Shown: positions 1-9,424 of the stretch, piece after piece | How positions within the stretch are numbered: position 1 is the first letter of the stretch | How the letters are laid out: every line of letters starts with the position of its first letter | Virus record (IMG/VR): IMGVR_UViG_3300010396_000042 | Span: 1 to 64,000 of that record | DNA: 64,000 nt | Source of the DNA: a virus | Strand: one strand, 5' to 3' | Made by a program: the position numbers and the translations under genes | Notes under the pieces: model-generated | Told to the model about the DNA's origin: nothing | Seen by the model: the letters and a program-made list of their open reading frames with translations, nothing else | Databases searched by the model: none

Positions 1-56
1 AGGTCGCGCACACGGCCGCGAAATTCTGACCCGGGGGGTCTCGACCGACCGGGGCG

Positions 57-536
57 GTGAACGCCATGCCGGCCGGCCGCCCACCCACGCCGATCGAGCG
101 AAAGCGCAAGCTCGGCAATCCGGGCAAGCGCGCACTGCCGGACCAGTCCAACATCGTCGCGCTGCCGCCGGTCGTCGACGACACACCGGCACAGCTCGGC
201 CCGGCCGGCCACGCCGTCTGGGAACTGGTCACCGACCAGTGCAAGTGGCTCGCGGAAACCGACCGCCCCGTGCTCGTCCTGGTGTGCGAAAAGTTCGACC
301 GCCGCCAAGACTTCATCGCCCGGCTCGAGAGCTCCGACCCGGTGCTCTACACCGACAAGGGCTACGCATACGCCAACCCGCTGGTCGGGATGCTCTCGAC
401 GATCGAGACCGAGATCGCGAAGCTGCTCGGATCGCTCGGGCTGACGCCGGCCGACCGCACGCGCCTCGGCGTGGCCGAGGTCAAGGCGAAGAGCAAGCTC
501 GAGGAGCTGCTCGAGCGCCGGGCCAACCGTGCCTAG
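57..536 (+). CDS. terS: Terminase small subunit (P27-like)
   Basis: N-terminal GRPPTP..KRKLGNPGKR and C-terminal LGLTPADRTRL motifs typical of P27-family TerS; overlaps the start of TerL. Confidence 0.9.
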   Translation: MNAMPAGRPPTPIERKRKLGNPGKRALPDQSNIVALPPVVDDTPAQLGPAGHAVWELVTDQCKWLAETDRPVLVLVCEKFDRRQDFIARLESSDPVLYTDKGYAYANPLVGMLSTIETEIAKLLGSLGLTPADRTRLGVAEVKAKSKLEELLERRANRA

Positions 537-2175
537 GCGACGCCAGCCGCCGCCGCGTTTCCCGAAGGTGCTACCGCGTGGACCCGCGCTCTGGGAGCCG
601 GCGAAGACCGCCTGGACCGAGGCGAACACCGACGGGATCTTCGCCTGCGAGCTGATCCAGTCCTACCTGCGGCTGACCAAGGGCGACCAGCGCGGCCAGC
701 TGGTGCAGCTACGCATGTGGCAGGGCGATCTGATCTGCGACATCTTGCGCACCGACGAGCGCGGCCGGCGGCTGTACTGGACATACCTGGTCCTGGTCCC
801 GCGCAAGAACTCCAAGTCGCTCATCGGCGCAGGCCTGGCAATCGACGGCTTGTTCGACGAGGCGGGCGCCGAGGTCTACTCGTGCGCCGCCGACGAGGAC
901 CAGGCCCGCCTGGTCTTCAAGGAAGTACGCGCCGCGGTCGAGATGTCCCCTGACCTCGACTCCAAGCAGGGCGGTCTGCTCAAGGTCTACCGCGACGCGA
1001 TCGAGTACCCGGCGACGGGCGCGGTCTACCGGGTCTTGTCCTCCGAGGCGTTCACCAAGGAAGGCCTCAACCCTTCCCGGGTGATCTTCGACGAGCTCCA
1101 CGCCCAGCCGAATTACGAGCTGTGGAACGTCATGAACCAGGGCTCGGACACCAGAGCCCAGCCGCTGATCCTGGCGATCTCGACCTTCGGGGTGCGCACC
1201 GACTCCACGGGCCGCGACTCGGTGTGCTACGCCCAATACCAGTACGCCAAGAAGCTGATCAGCGGCGAGATCGACGACCCGCGATACGGCGCCCGGATCT
1301 ATGAGACGAACGACCAGGTCAAGGGCTTCGACTACCTGGATCCCGCGGTTTGGCGAGAGGCCAACCCCGCCCTCGGCGACTTCCTGTCCGAAGAGAAGAT
1401 GGCGGCTGTCTCCCGCAAAATCGACGAGGCGGACTTCAAGACCAAACGCCTGAACATCTGGGTCAGCTCGCAGACCGTGTGGCTGCCCGACGTAGCGTGG
1501 GAGGCCCGCCACGACCCCGAGGCCGGGATCGAGGACGGCGAGACCGTCTGCCTCGGGTTCGACGGCTCCTACGACGGCGACTCCACAGCGCTTGTCGTCG
1601 TTCGCGTACCCGACGAGGTCCCGCTGCCAGCCGACCCCGACGCCAACGCGCCGACGGCTGAGGAGATCGCGCTGCGCGCGGCCGCCGAAGGCCTGCGGCT
1701 GCCCCACATCGACGTCGTCAACGCCTGGGAGGCACCGCCGGAGGCCAAAACCGGCTGGACGGTGCCCATCGCCGAGGTCGAAGAAGCCATCCGTGCCTCC
1801 TGCCGTCGCTGGCAGGTGCGCGAGATCGTCTGCGACCCGGCCCGCTGGGCCCGCACTTACCAGATCCTCGAGGCCGAGGGCCTGCCGGTAGTCGAATTCC
1901 CACAGAGTCCGGCGCGGATGGTCCCGGCGACCACCCGGTTCTTCCAAGCCGTGACCAACAGCGGTCTGACGCACTCCGGGGACCCGCGGCTGGCTCGCCA
2001 CGTCGGCAACTGCCGGGTCCGTCCGACCGTCCGCGGCTCCATGATCTCGAAAGACGCGAAGAAGAGCCCCCGGAAGATCGACTTGGCCGTCGCGGCGGTC
2101 ATGGCGCTCGAGCGGGCCTGCCAGCCGCCGCCGAAGAAGGCTGACGCGGGCTTCTACAGCTGGGACGAGCTGTGA
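529..2175 (+). CDS. terL: Terminase large subunit
   Basis: Walker A-like VPRKNSKS, Walker B VIFDELH, nuclease LGFDGS and C-terminal KIDLAVA motifs. Confidence 0.95.
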   Translation: MPRRRQPPPRFPKVLPRGPALWEPAKTAWTEANTDGIFACELIQSYLRLTKGDQRGQLVQLRMWQGDLICDILRTDERGRRLYWTYLVLVPRKNSKSLIGAGLAIDGLFDEAGAEVYSCAADEDQARLVFKEVRAAVEMSPDLDSKQGGLLKVYRDAIEYPATGAVYRVLSSEAFTKEGLNPSRVIFDELHAQPNYELWNVMNQGSDTRAQPLILAISTFGVRTDSTGRDSVCYAQYQYAKKLISGEIDDPRYGARIYETNDQVKGFDYLDPAVWREANPALGDFLSEEKMAAVSRKIDEADFKTKRLNIWVSSQTVWLPDVAWEARHDPEAGIEDGETVCLGFDGSYDGDSTALVVVRVPDEVPLPADPDANAPTAEEIALRAAAEGLRLPHIDVVNAWEAPPEAKTGWTVPIAEVEEAIRASCRRWQVREIVCDPARWARTYQILEAEGLPVVEFPQSPARMVPATTRFFQAVTNSGLTHSGDPRLARHVGNCRVRPTVRGSMISKDAKKSPRKIDLAVAAVMALERACQPPPKKADAGFYSWDEL

Positions 2176-2219
2176 GAACCGCTTCATAACTCGCTACAAC
2201 CGCCGGAGGGAGGCCTCCG

Positions 2220-2468
2220 GTGCTCTCCGACGTCGTCGAACTGCTCGCGTATGCCGCGTTCGTCACCGCGGGCTGGTTGATCGCCCCGTGGCTCGGCCTG
2301 GCCGTGCTCGGCACAGCCCTGTGGCTGCTCGCGCAGGTCCTGGACGGCCAGAAGGTGACCATCCCGAAGGTCAAGCTCCCCGGGGTCCCCAGAATTCGCG
2401 TCAAGGCGCCCCGCGTCGTCGCACCGAAGGCCGGGGCCCGCACAAGCGCGCGGCAGCCCGCGCCGTGA
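2220..2468 (+). CDS. Small membrane protein between terminase and portal
   Basis: Hydrophobic N-terminal helices; GGAGG RBS; typical position. Confidence 0.7.
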   Translation: MLSDVVELLAYAAFVTAGWLIAPWLGLAVLGTALWLLAQVLDGQKVTIPKVKLPGVPRIRVKAPRVVAPKAGARTSARQPAP

Positions 2469-3760
2469 GCATCACCGGCAGGCTCCGCGGCCGCTCCCAG
2501 CAGCGGATGTACCTGCCCAGCGGCGCCGGCGACCCGTGGGCGATCCCCAGCAACGGCTCCCTGGCCGCCTGGACCCCGGCCGGGGTTCCGGTGACCGAGG
2601 ACACCGCGATGCAGCTGCTTGTGGTGGCCGCCTCCGTGCGGATCCTGGCCAACGCGGTGGCCGGGTTGCCGCTGGACGCGGTGCGCATGACCGGGACCAC
2701 CCGCAAGCAGCTCGACCCCGCCCCCGCGATCATCGCCGACCCCTTCGGCGGCCTGAACAACCTCAAATGGCCCACCCGGCGCACCGGCTTCACCCAGCTG
2801 ATGGTCAGCCTGCTGCTGCGCGGCAACGGATACGCCGCGGTGGTCGCACGCGACAACCTGATGCGCCCCACACGGCTGCGCGTCATCCACCCTGACCGCG
2901 TCGCTGTCGGCCTCAAGGACGACGGCTCCCGCTATTACGAGGTCAACCGGATCCCGGTCGACCCCGTGGACATGGTCCACCTGGTCGGCATGTCGATGCC
3001 GGAGTCGCCGATCGGCATGAGCGTCATCTCCTACGCCCGCACCGCCATCGGCCTCGGTCTGGCCGCCGAGGAGTTCGGCGCACGGTTCTTCGGCCACGGC
3101 GCGCACCTGTCCGGGGTGCTGGAGCTGCCCGGCGACCTGGACAAGGACCGCGCGCGGCAGGTCAAGGAGAGCTGGGAGGCCTCCCACACCGGCCTCAAGC
3201 ACGCCTTCGCCACCGGCGTGCTCACCGGCGGCGCCAAATGGGTGCCGATCAGCGTCACACCGGAGGACGCACAGTTCCTCGGCACCCGCGCGGCCCAGAA
3301 CCTTGACATCGCGATGCTGTTCGGGATCCCGCCGCACATGCTCGGCCAGGTCGACCGCACCACCTCCTGGGGCACCGGCATCGAGCAGCAGTCCCTCGGC
3401 TTCCTCAAATACACGCTGAGCAACTGGATCGGTCTATTCGAAGAGACCTGGTCCCCGATGCTGCCCAAGCCGCAGGTCGCCCGCTTCAACGTCGCCGGCT
3501 TGCTCAGGACCGACACCGCCGGCCGGTACGCCGCATACACCCAGGCCCGCAACGGCGGCTGGCTGACCCTCGACGAGATCCGCGCCCTCGAGGACTACGA
3601 GCCGTACCCCGACGGCAAGGGCACCGACCCGTTCGCGCCGCTGAACTCCGCGCACGCCGCCGGCAGCGACGGCCCGGCCGATGCGCCTGCGGCGAAGACC
3701 GAATCCGATCCCGGCGCGGCCTCGCCCGCCGGCGACGCCGTCACTGGACAGGAGCCGTAG
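2465..3760 (+). CDS. Portal protein (HK97 family)
   Basis: PEDAQFLGTR..IAMLFGIPPHMLG and GIEQQSLGF motifs; GTG start at 2465 overlaps the upstream TGA. Confidence 0.93.
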   Translation: MSITGRLRGRSQQRMYLPSGAGDPWAIPSNGSLAAWTPAGVPVTEDTAMQLLVVAASVRILANAVAGLPLDAVRMTGTTRKQLDPAPAIIADPFGGLNNLKWPTRRTGFTQLMVSLLLRGNGYAAVVARDNLMRPTRLRVIHPDRVAVGLKDDGSRYYEVNRIPVDPVDMVHLVGMSMPESPIGMSVISYARTAIGLGLAAEEFGARFFGHGAHLSGVLELPGDLDKDRARQVKESWEASHTGLKHAFATGVLTGGAKWVPISVTPEDAQFLGTRAAQNLDIAMLFGIPPHMLGQVDRTTSWGTGIEQQSLGFLKYTLSNWIGLFEETWSPMLPKPQVARFNVAGLLRTDTAGRYAAYTQARNGGWLTLDEIRALEDYEPYPDGKGTDPFAPLNSAHAAGSDGPADAPAAKTESDPGAASPAGDAVTGQEP

Positions 3761-3763
3761 ACC

Positions 3764-5143
3764 ATGCCCGCAGCCTCCGTCCGCGACACGGACACCACCG
3801 ACACCTCGACCGCGGCCATCGCGCCGCCACTGCTGATCACGGAGGCCGCCCGGATGACCGACACGCGCACCCACCGCGGCGCCATGGCCGTACATCAGCA
3901 GCGCTTTCTCGACGGCGACCCGCGCGCCGCCCGCGCGCTTTTCCTGGACGCGGTCAAGGTCCAGGCTCTGAGCACCCGCACGGCCCGGATGGACGTGCGC
4001 GCAGCCGCCAGCGGAGCAGCAAGCGCCTACCGGACCTTCACCGGCTACGCCTCGGTCACTGAAGAGCCGTACGAGATGTACGACTGGTACGGGCCCTACA
4101 CCGAGATCGTGAGGGCCGGGGCCTTCGCCAAGACCCTCGGCGAGGGCTGCGACACCGCGTTCCTGGTCAACCACGGCGGCGTGACCATGGCCCGCACGAC
4201 CAAGGGCACCCTGCGCCTGTCCGAGGACGACACCGGCCTGTACACCGAGGCCGACCTCAACACCGCCCGCTCCGACGTCGGCATCCTCATCTCCGCCGTC
4301 GAGGACGGCGCGATCGACGAGATGTCCTTCGCATTCTGGATCACGAGGGGCGCCTGGTCGCCGGACTACGAGCAGTTCGACATCCTCGAGGTCAGCCTGG
4401 ACAAGGGCGACGTCTCGCCGGTCAACTACGGAGCCAACCCCCACACCGGCGGCCTGATCGGCCTGCGCTCCCGGCAGCTGGCCAACCTCGCCCGCTCCAG
4501 CTTCCCAGGCCTGGTCAGAGAGGCCTACAAGCGGCGCACCGGCGAGTACCTCGCCCCGGCCGACCTCGGCGCGATGCTGCACATCGTCGGCCTGGCGACC
4601 GAGAGCGGCGATACCCCCGACGAGACCCGCGCGGTTCTCTCCGAAATCCTCGGAGCCAAGGAAGAGCGCACCGCGCCCGCCACGACGAGCGGCCGCGAAA
4701 ACATCGGCGAGCCCGACCCGGCTACGGATGGCTCGGAGAAGGCGGAGCGGGAGCAGATCGCCGTTCACGCGCCGCTCGAGCCGGCTGCCGACCTGCCCAC
4801 GATGCGCGCGTGGGTCAAGGCGCGAGCCGCCGAGGTCCGCGAGGGCAAGTCACTCTCGGCCGCGACTATGGACGTCCTCACTCGCGTCCTGGACCTGGTC
4901 GCCGCGGCCGATGAGGCCGTGGACGAGGCGCAGCCACTGCTGGCCGACCTGATGGGCGTTCCGAACCCGGACGAGGACGCGGCGCAGGACCCTGACGGCG
5001 ACGAGCCGGACGAGGGCGATGACGACGACGTCGACGACGTCCAGGGCACGCAGCAGGAGAACGCGCTGTCGCTGGACGTGGACCGCTTCAACCGCCAGCT
5101 CGAGGCGATTCAGCTCGCTTCGCCGGCGCGCACTCGCCTGTAA
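3764..5143 (+). CDS. HK97-family prohead protease with long acidic C-terminal extension
   Basis: FTGYASV, EIVRAGAF, LVNH, EMSFAF and VSPVNYGANP motifs; exact start uncertain. Confidence 0.88.
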   Translation: MPAASVRDTDTTDTSTAAIAPPLLITEAARMTDTRTHRGAMAVHQQRFLDGDPRAARALFLDAVKVQALSTRTARMDVRAAASGAASAYRTFTGYASVTEEPYEMYDWYGPYTEIVRAGAFAKTLGEGCDTAFLVNHGGVTMARTTKGTLRLSEDDTGLYTEADLNTARSDVGILISAVEDGAIDEMSFAFWITRGAWSPDYEQFDILEVSLDKGDVSPVNYGANPHTGGLIGLRSRQLANLARSSFPGLVREAYKRRTGEYLAPADLGAMLHIVGLATESGDTPDETRAVLSEILGAKEERTAPATTSGRENIGEPDPATDGSEKAEREQIAVHAPLEPAADLPTMRAWVKARAAEVREGKSLSAATMDVLTRVLDLVAAADEAVDEAQPLLADLMGVPNPDEDAAQDPDGDEPDEGDDDDVDDVQGTQQENALSLDVDRFNRQLEAIQLASPARTRL

Positions 5144-5315
5144 CCAGGCACCCACCTAAGCCACCCGGCCGCATCGCGGTCCGGGGATTTCCGCCTGCCC
5201 GGCATCGCGCCGGAGCCCGCGCCGGACCCCGCAGCGTCATGGGGCACCACCCGGGCCACCACCCGTCACCACGGCAGGCACGCGACCACCACCCGATCCA
5301 GAAAGGGGATCAGGC

Positions 5316-6665
5316 ATGTCACGTGCCCTGATTGGCACTCTGCTGGAGCGCCGCGGCGAACTCGCCCTCGAGCTCGACAAGACGCTGCAGCCGGCCAACA
5401 CCGAGAAGCGGAACCTCACTGAGGACGAAGCCGCGAAGTTCGACGCGATCAAGGCCGACATCATCGCGACCGACGAGCGGATCGCAGAGCTCGCCGAGAT
5501 CGACAAGGCCGACGAGGCCGCCGAGGAGCTGCAGAAGCGCTACTCCGGCCCCTCGGTCCAGGTGACCTCCGAGCCGCAGGTCTACCAGCGCGGCAACAAC
5601 GAGACGCAGTTCTTCCGGGACCTGTGGCTCGCCAACCACCGGCGCGACCAGGACGCCCTCGACCGGCTGCGCCGCAACAACGCCATGGTCGCCGACGCGA
5701 AGAAGCAGCGCGCGATCTCCACCGGCACTGGTGCAGGCGGCGAGTTCGTGCCGCCGTTGTGGCTGGAAGAGGACTACATCAAGTTCGCCCGCGCAGGCCG
5801 GGTGACCGCGAACCTGTGCCGCCGCGGCGTCGTGCCGCCCGGCACGAACTCGATCAACATCCCGAAGATCAACACCGGTACCGCCACAGCGCCGGTGTCC
5901 TCGCAGAACAGCAACATCCAGAACACCGACCTGACCACCACGTCGGTCTCCAGCCCGGTCATCACGGTGGCCGGCGGCCAGACCGTCTCGCTGCAGCTGA
6001 TCGAGCAGTCCCCCCTGAACATCGACGAAATCGTGCTGCAGGACCTCGCGGCCGACTACGCCGTGAAGCTCAACGTCCAGGTCCTCTCCGGCACGGGCTC
6101 CTCCGGCCAGGCCACCGGCCTGCTCACCCTGTCGGGTACCAACTCGATCGCCTGGACCCAGGCCACCCCGGCCCTCGGCGGCCCGGGCGGCATGTACCCG
6201 AAGGTCGCCAACGGCATCCAGCAGATCCACACGAAGCGATTCCTCCCGCCGAACGCGATCATCATGCACCCGGTGCGGTGGGCCTGGGCCGAGTCCCAGG
6301 TCGACAACAACGGCCGCCCGCTCGTCGTTCCGGCGTCCGGCGGCGCGTTCCAGATGCTCGCCAACCTCGACGAGCAGGTCTCCGAGGGCCTGGTGGGCTC
6401 TATGCTCGGGCTCCCGTGCTACGTGGATGCGTTGGTCCCGGTGACCGGGGGCGCAGGTTCAAACCAGGACTCGATCATCGTCACCAAGGCCGATGACCTG
6501 TGGCTTTGGGAGGGCGAGATCCGGGCGGAGGCGTTCGCTCAGACCTACGCGAATCAGATGTCTGTGTTCGTGCGCCTATACAATTACGTGAGCTTCCAGC
6601 CCGGTCGTTACGCCCCGTCGACGAGCGTGATCACCGGGACCGGGGCCGTCAGCCCGGCCTTCTAG
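5316..6665 (+). CDS. Major capsid protein (HK97 fold)
   Basis: N-terminal coiled-coil delta domain, GGEFVPPLW, IIMHP motifs; position after protease. Confidence 0.93.
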   Translation: MSRALIGTLLERRGELALELDKTLQPANTEKRNLTEDEAAKFDAIKADIIATDERIAELAEIDKADEAAEELQKRYSGPSVQVTSEPQVYQRGNNETQFFRDLWLANHRRDQDALDRLRRNNAMVADAKKQRAISTGTGAGGEFVPPLWLEEDYIKFARAGRVTANLCRRGVVPPGTNSINIPKINTGTATAPVSSQNSNIQNTDLTTTSVSSPVITVAGGQTVSLQLIEQSPLNIDEIVLQDLAADYAVKLNVQVLSGTGSSGQATGLLTLSGTNSIAWTQATPALGGPGGMYPKVANGIQQIHTKRFLPPNAIIMHPVRWAWAESQVDNNGRPLVVPASGGAFQMLANLDEQVSEGLVGSMLGLPCYVDALVPVTGGAGSNQDSIIVTKADDLWLWEGEIRAEAFAQTYANQMSVFVRLYNYVSFQPGRYAPSTSVITGTGAVSPAF

Positions 6666-6779
6666 GTCTGACCCTCCGCTGGCTGTCGGTACCACTCTGT
6701 AGTTTCGGATCCGACAAGTGACCCCCCGACGCGAGCACGCCGAGGGGCCTTGCCGGACACCGATAGGGACGGTTCCGAC

Positions 6780-7409
6780 ATGCCAGATCGTACGTGCCAA
6801 CGCTGTAGTTCGTCGTTCGAGGTGGACAAGTTCAGCTGCGCGAAGTGGTGCGACGCGTGCAAACCGATCGTGCGACGCGAGCAGTTCGCGAAGCACGACA
6901 AGAAGCGGCGCCCGACTCCGGTCCTCCACATCGATTGCGCGGCCTGCGGAACGCCATTCGAGCACAGCCGACCAGGACAGCGTCCGCAGTATTGCCCGGA
7001 CTGCCGCGTAAAGCGGAGCTATCGCGAGCGACCTGGGCGCGTGCAAGGCAAGGCCCGTGGTTATCACCTCAAGAGCAAATACGGGCTATCAGAGGCGGAT
7101 TGGGACGATCTGTTTGCCCGGCAGGGAAAACGGTGCGCGGTCTGCGGAACAGCTGACAGCGAAGCTCAATGGCGCACCGACCATGACCACGTATCGGGAC
7201 GAGTCCGAGGCATCCTCTGCCATCACTGCAACGTCGCGCTCGGACACTTCCGGGACATCCCAGCGCGGCTGCGCGCCGCAGCGCTTTATCTCGAAGGCGC
7301 GCAGGCCGAGTTGTGTCCGGGGGCCGCCATGCCAGCCCCCGTGCAGAAAACCGCAACACCCGATCGCTCAGCTCAGCCGGAAAACAACCAGGCCTCAACA
7401 CTCTTCTGA
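6780..7409 (+). CDS. Free-standing endonuclease VII-family (putative homing) endonuclease with N-terminal Zn fingers
   Basis: KYGL..Q.KRCAVC..DHDHVSGRVRGILCHHCNVALG; CxxC pairs; atypical codon usage. Confidence 0.85.
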   Translation: MPDRTCQRCSSSFEVDKFSCAKWCDACKPIVRREQFAKHDKKRRPTPVLHIDCAACGTPFEHSRPGQRPQYCPDCRVKRSYRERPGRVQGKARGYHLKSKYGLSEADWDDLFARQGKRCAVCGTADSEAQWRTDHDHVSGRVRGILCHHCNVALGHFRDIPARLRAAALYLEGAQAELCPGAAMPAPVQKTATPDRSAQPENNQASTLF

Positions 7410-7490
7410 ACCTGCTCCGGCCTTCACCCCAGGGACCAGCCACCCGCTGGTCCCTTTTCGTTTGCCCGCACAATCCCGAAGGAGGCGGCG

Positions 7491-7835
7491 ATGGCCGCGA
7501 ACACCTTGGTGGCTTCGGCCGCCCGCACTGCTACGGGCAACTCCGGCGCGATCGCCGTCGGCTCCGGTGCCGCGAACCTCGAGCTCGAGGTCGAGGTCAC
7601 CGCAGTATCGGGGACCTCGCCGACCCTGGCACTGACGATCCAGTGGTCGGACGACGGCACGAACTTCGGCAACAACGACGGTTCAACTGACTCGTTCGCG
7701 TCGATCACCGCGACCGGAAACGTCACGAAGTCCATCCCGGTGCGTGCACCGTACATGCAGTTCACCTGGACCGTCGGCGGCACCACGCCGTCGTTCACCT
7801 TCTCGGTGATCGACGTCGCCAGCAACGTCATCTGA
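7491..7835 (+). CDS. Putative head decoration/virion protein, paralog 1
   Basis: Beta-rich S/T/G protein; GGAGG RBS; paralogous to the next gene. Confidence 0.65.
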   Translation: MAANTLVASAARTATGNSGAIAVGSGAANLELEVEVTAVSGTSPTLALTIQWSDDGTNFGNNDGSTDSFASITATGNVTKSIPVRAPYMQFTWTVGGTTPSFTFSVIDVASNVI

Positions 7836-7899
7836 CCCCTGACACACGCCGGAGGTCGTCCGGCGCCCCTACCGCGCCGCACTCTCGGAAGGAGCCCGG

Positions 7900-8232
7900 A
7901 TGGCCTCGGGTCCGTTCACCATCGTCAACTCCGCCGCGCGCACCAGCACCGGAAACAGCGGCGCGCTCGCGCTCGGCGACCAGTCGGTGCTCGACCTCGA
8001 AGTCAACGTGAGCGCTGCGTCCGGCACGACGCCATCGCTCACGCTGTCGGTGCTGTGGTCCAACGACGGGACGAACTTCGGGGCGCCGGACGGCGGCGGC
8101 GACAACTTCGCGGCGATCACTGCCACCGGCACGGTCGCCAAACAGCTGACCGTTAAGGGCCTGTACTGCCAGATCGTGTGGACGATCACTGGCACCACGC
8201 CGTCGTTCACGTTCAGCGTCATCGCTTCCTGA
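7900..8232 (+). CDS. Putative head decoration/virion protein, paralog 2
   Basis: Shares SAART.TGNSGA, WS.DGTNFG and GTTPSFTFSVI with 7491-7835. Confidence 0.65.
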   Translation: MASGPFTIVNSAARTSTGNSGALALGDQSVLDLEVNVSAASGTTPSLTLSVLWSNDGTNFGAPDGGGDNFAAITATGTVAKQLTVKGLYCQIVWTITGTTPSFTFSVIAS

Positions 8233-8245
8233 GAGGAACCGACCC

Positions 8246-8833
8246 ATGTCAAACCCCGCGAACCTCGTGGCCGGGCTACTCGACGAGCGCGAGTCCGCCG
8301 AACGCCGCGGCGACGAGGAACTGCTCAAGCAAGTCGACGAGCAGATCGACGCGCTGCGTGACGCCCTCGCCGAGTTCGATCCCGTCGGCGTCGACGAGGA
8401 GAACCAGCGCAAGTTCGTCGCCGGTGTGCGCCGACGCCTGGAGGCCTCCGACCGCGGCGAGCGCACCGCTCCGGCCGCGCCCGGCGAGCCCACGTTCCAC
8501 AACCCGGCGAACTACCTGACCGGGCTGCTCGACGAGCGCGACGGCGCCGTGCGCGCCGGACGACCGACCGATGACATCGATGCGGAGATCGAGAAGGTGC
8601 GTCCCCACTTCGACAGCTTCCAGCCGGAGGAGGACGAGGCCGGCGACGCCCGCGCCCACTATGCCGCCGCCAAGCGGCGACTGGCCGACCTCGGCCGCCG
8701 CTCGCGCACGCCCAAGGCCGAGCAGGTCGAGGATCAGGGCGACGGCGGCAACGAGACGGAGTCGAAGGACGCGAAGAAGACCGGCGCCCGCACCACGAAG
8801 GCCGCAGCGCCCCCGCGCACCACAGCCCCGTAA
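8246..8833 (+). CDS. Hypothetical head-module protein with duplicated internal domain
   Basis: NPANLVAGLLDER and NPANYLTGLLDER repeats; GAGG RBS. Confidence 0.7.
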   Translation: MSNPANLVAGLLDERESAERRGDEELLKQVDEQIDALRDALAEFDPVGVDEENQRKFVAGVRRRLEASDRGERTAPAAPGEPTFHNPANYLTGLLDERDGAVRAGRPTDDIDAEIEKVRPHFDSFQPEEDEAGDARAHYAAAKRRLADLGRRSRTPKAEQVEDQGDGGNETESKDAKKTGARTTKAAAPPRTTAP

Positions 8834-8842
8834 GGCCGTGCC

Positions 8843-9400
8843 ATGGCGGACTACGGGCAGAGCGCGCTCTCCAAGCACCTGCGCAAGGTCCGCCACCAGC
8901 ACCGCGTCCTGCACGCGCATCGGCGCGGGCCGCACCACGCGCACACCGAGCGGCGCCGCCGGCTGCACTCGCACCACCACGCCAAAGGCCAGCGCCACCA
9001 TCCGAAGCACCCGCACGGACCGCGGCTGCACAAGGCCAAGCGCCTGCAGAAGGGCCACAAGGCACACCGGCTGCACAAGGCCCGCCGCATCCAGCGGCTG
9101 AAAACCGCGCAGCACCAGCGGCGCAAGCACGTCGCACACCGTACCCACGTCGCGCACCGGCGGGCCGTGCGCCGGCACCTGCAGCACGCCCGGCGCTCCT
9201 CACACCGCAAACGGCGCGCAGCGCACCACAAGCACGTGCTGCACCACCGCAAGCACCACATCGCAGGGCACCGGCACATCGCGCACCGCAAGCACGTCAA
9301 ACACCGCCGCGCCGCCGGCCACCACCGCAAGGCCTCGCACCACCGCAAGCACAAGTACGCGCACAAGGCCCACCACACCCACCGGCGCAGGCACCGCTGA
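8843..9400 (+). CDS. His/Arg/Lys-rich basic protein
   Basis: 185 aa ORF dominated by H, R and K; genome-typical codon usage; fills the gap in the head operon. Confidence 0.7.
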   Translation: MADYGQSALSKHLRKVRHQHRVLHAHRRGPHHAHTERRRRLHSHHHAKGQRHHPKHPHGPRLHKAKRLQKGHKAHRLHKARRIQRLKTAQHQRRKHVAHRTHVAHRRAVRRHLQHARRSSHRKRRAAHHKHVLHHRKHHIAGHRHIAHRKHVKHRRAAGHHRKASHHRKHKYAHKAHHTHRRRHR

Positions 9401-9424
9401 GCTGCGGGAAGGCGGTGAGGGCCG

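Noticed and set aside
1-56. cos site
   Set aside because: The position upstream of terS is compatible, but the genome end cannot be established from this window
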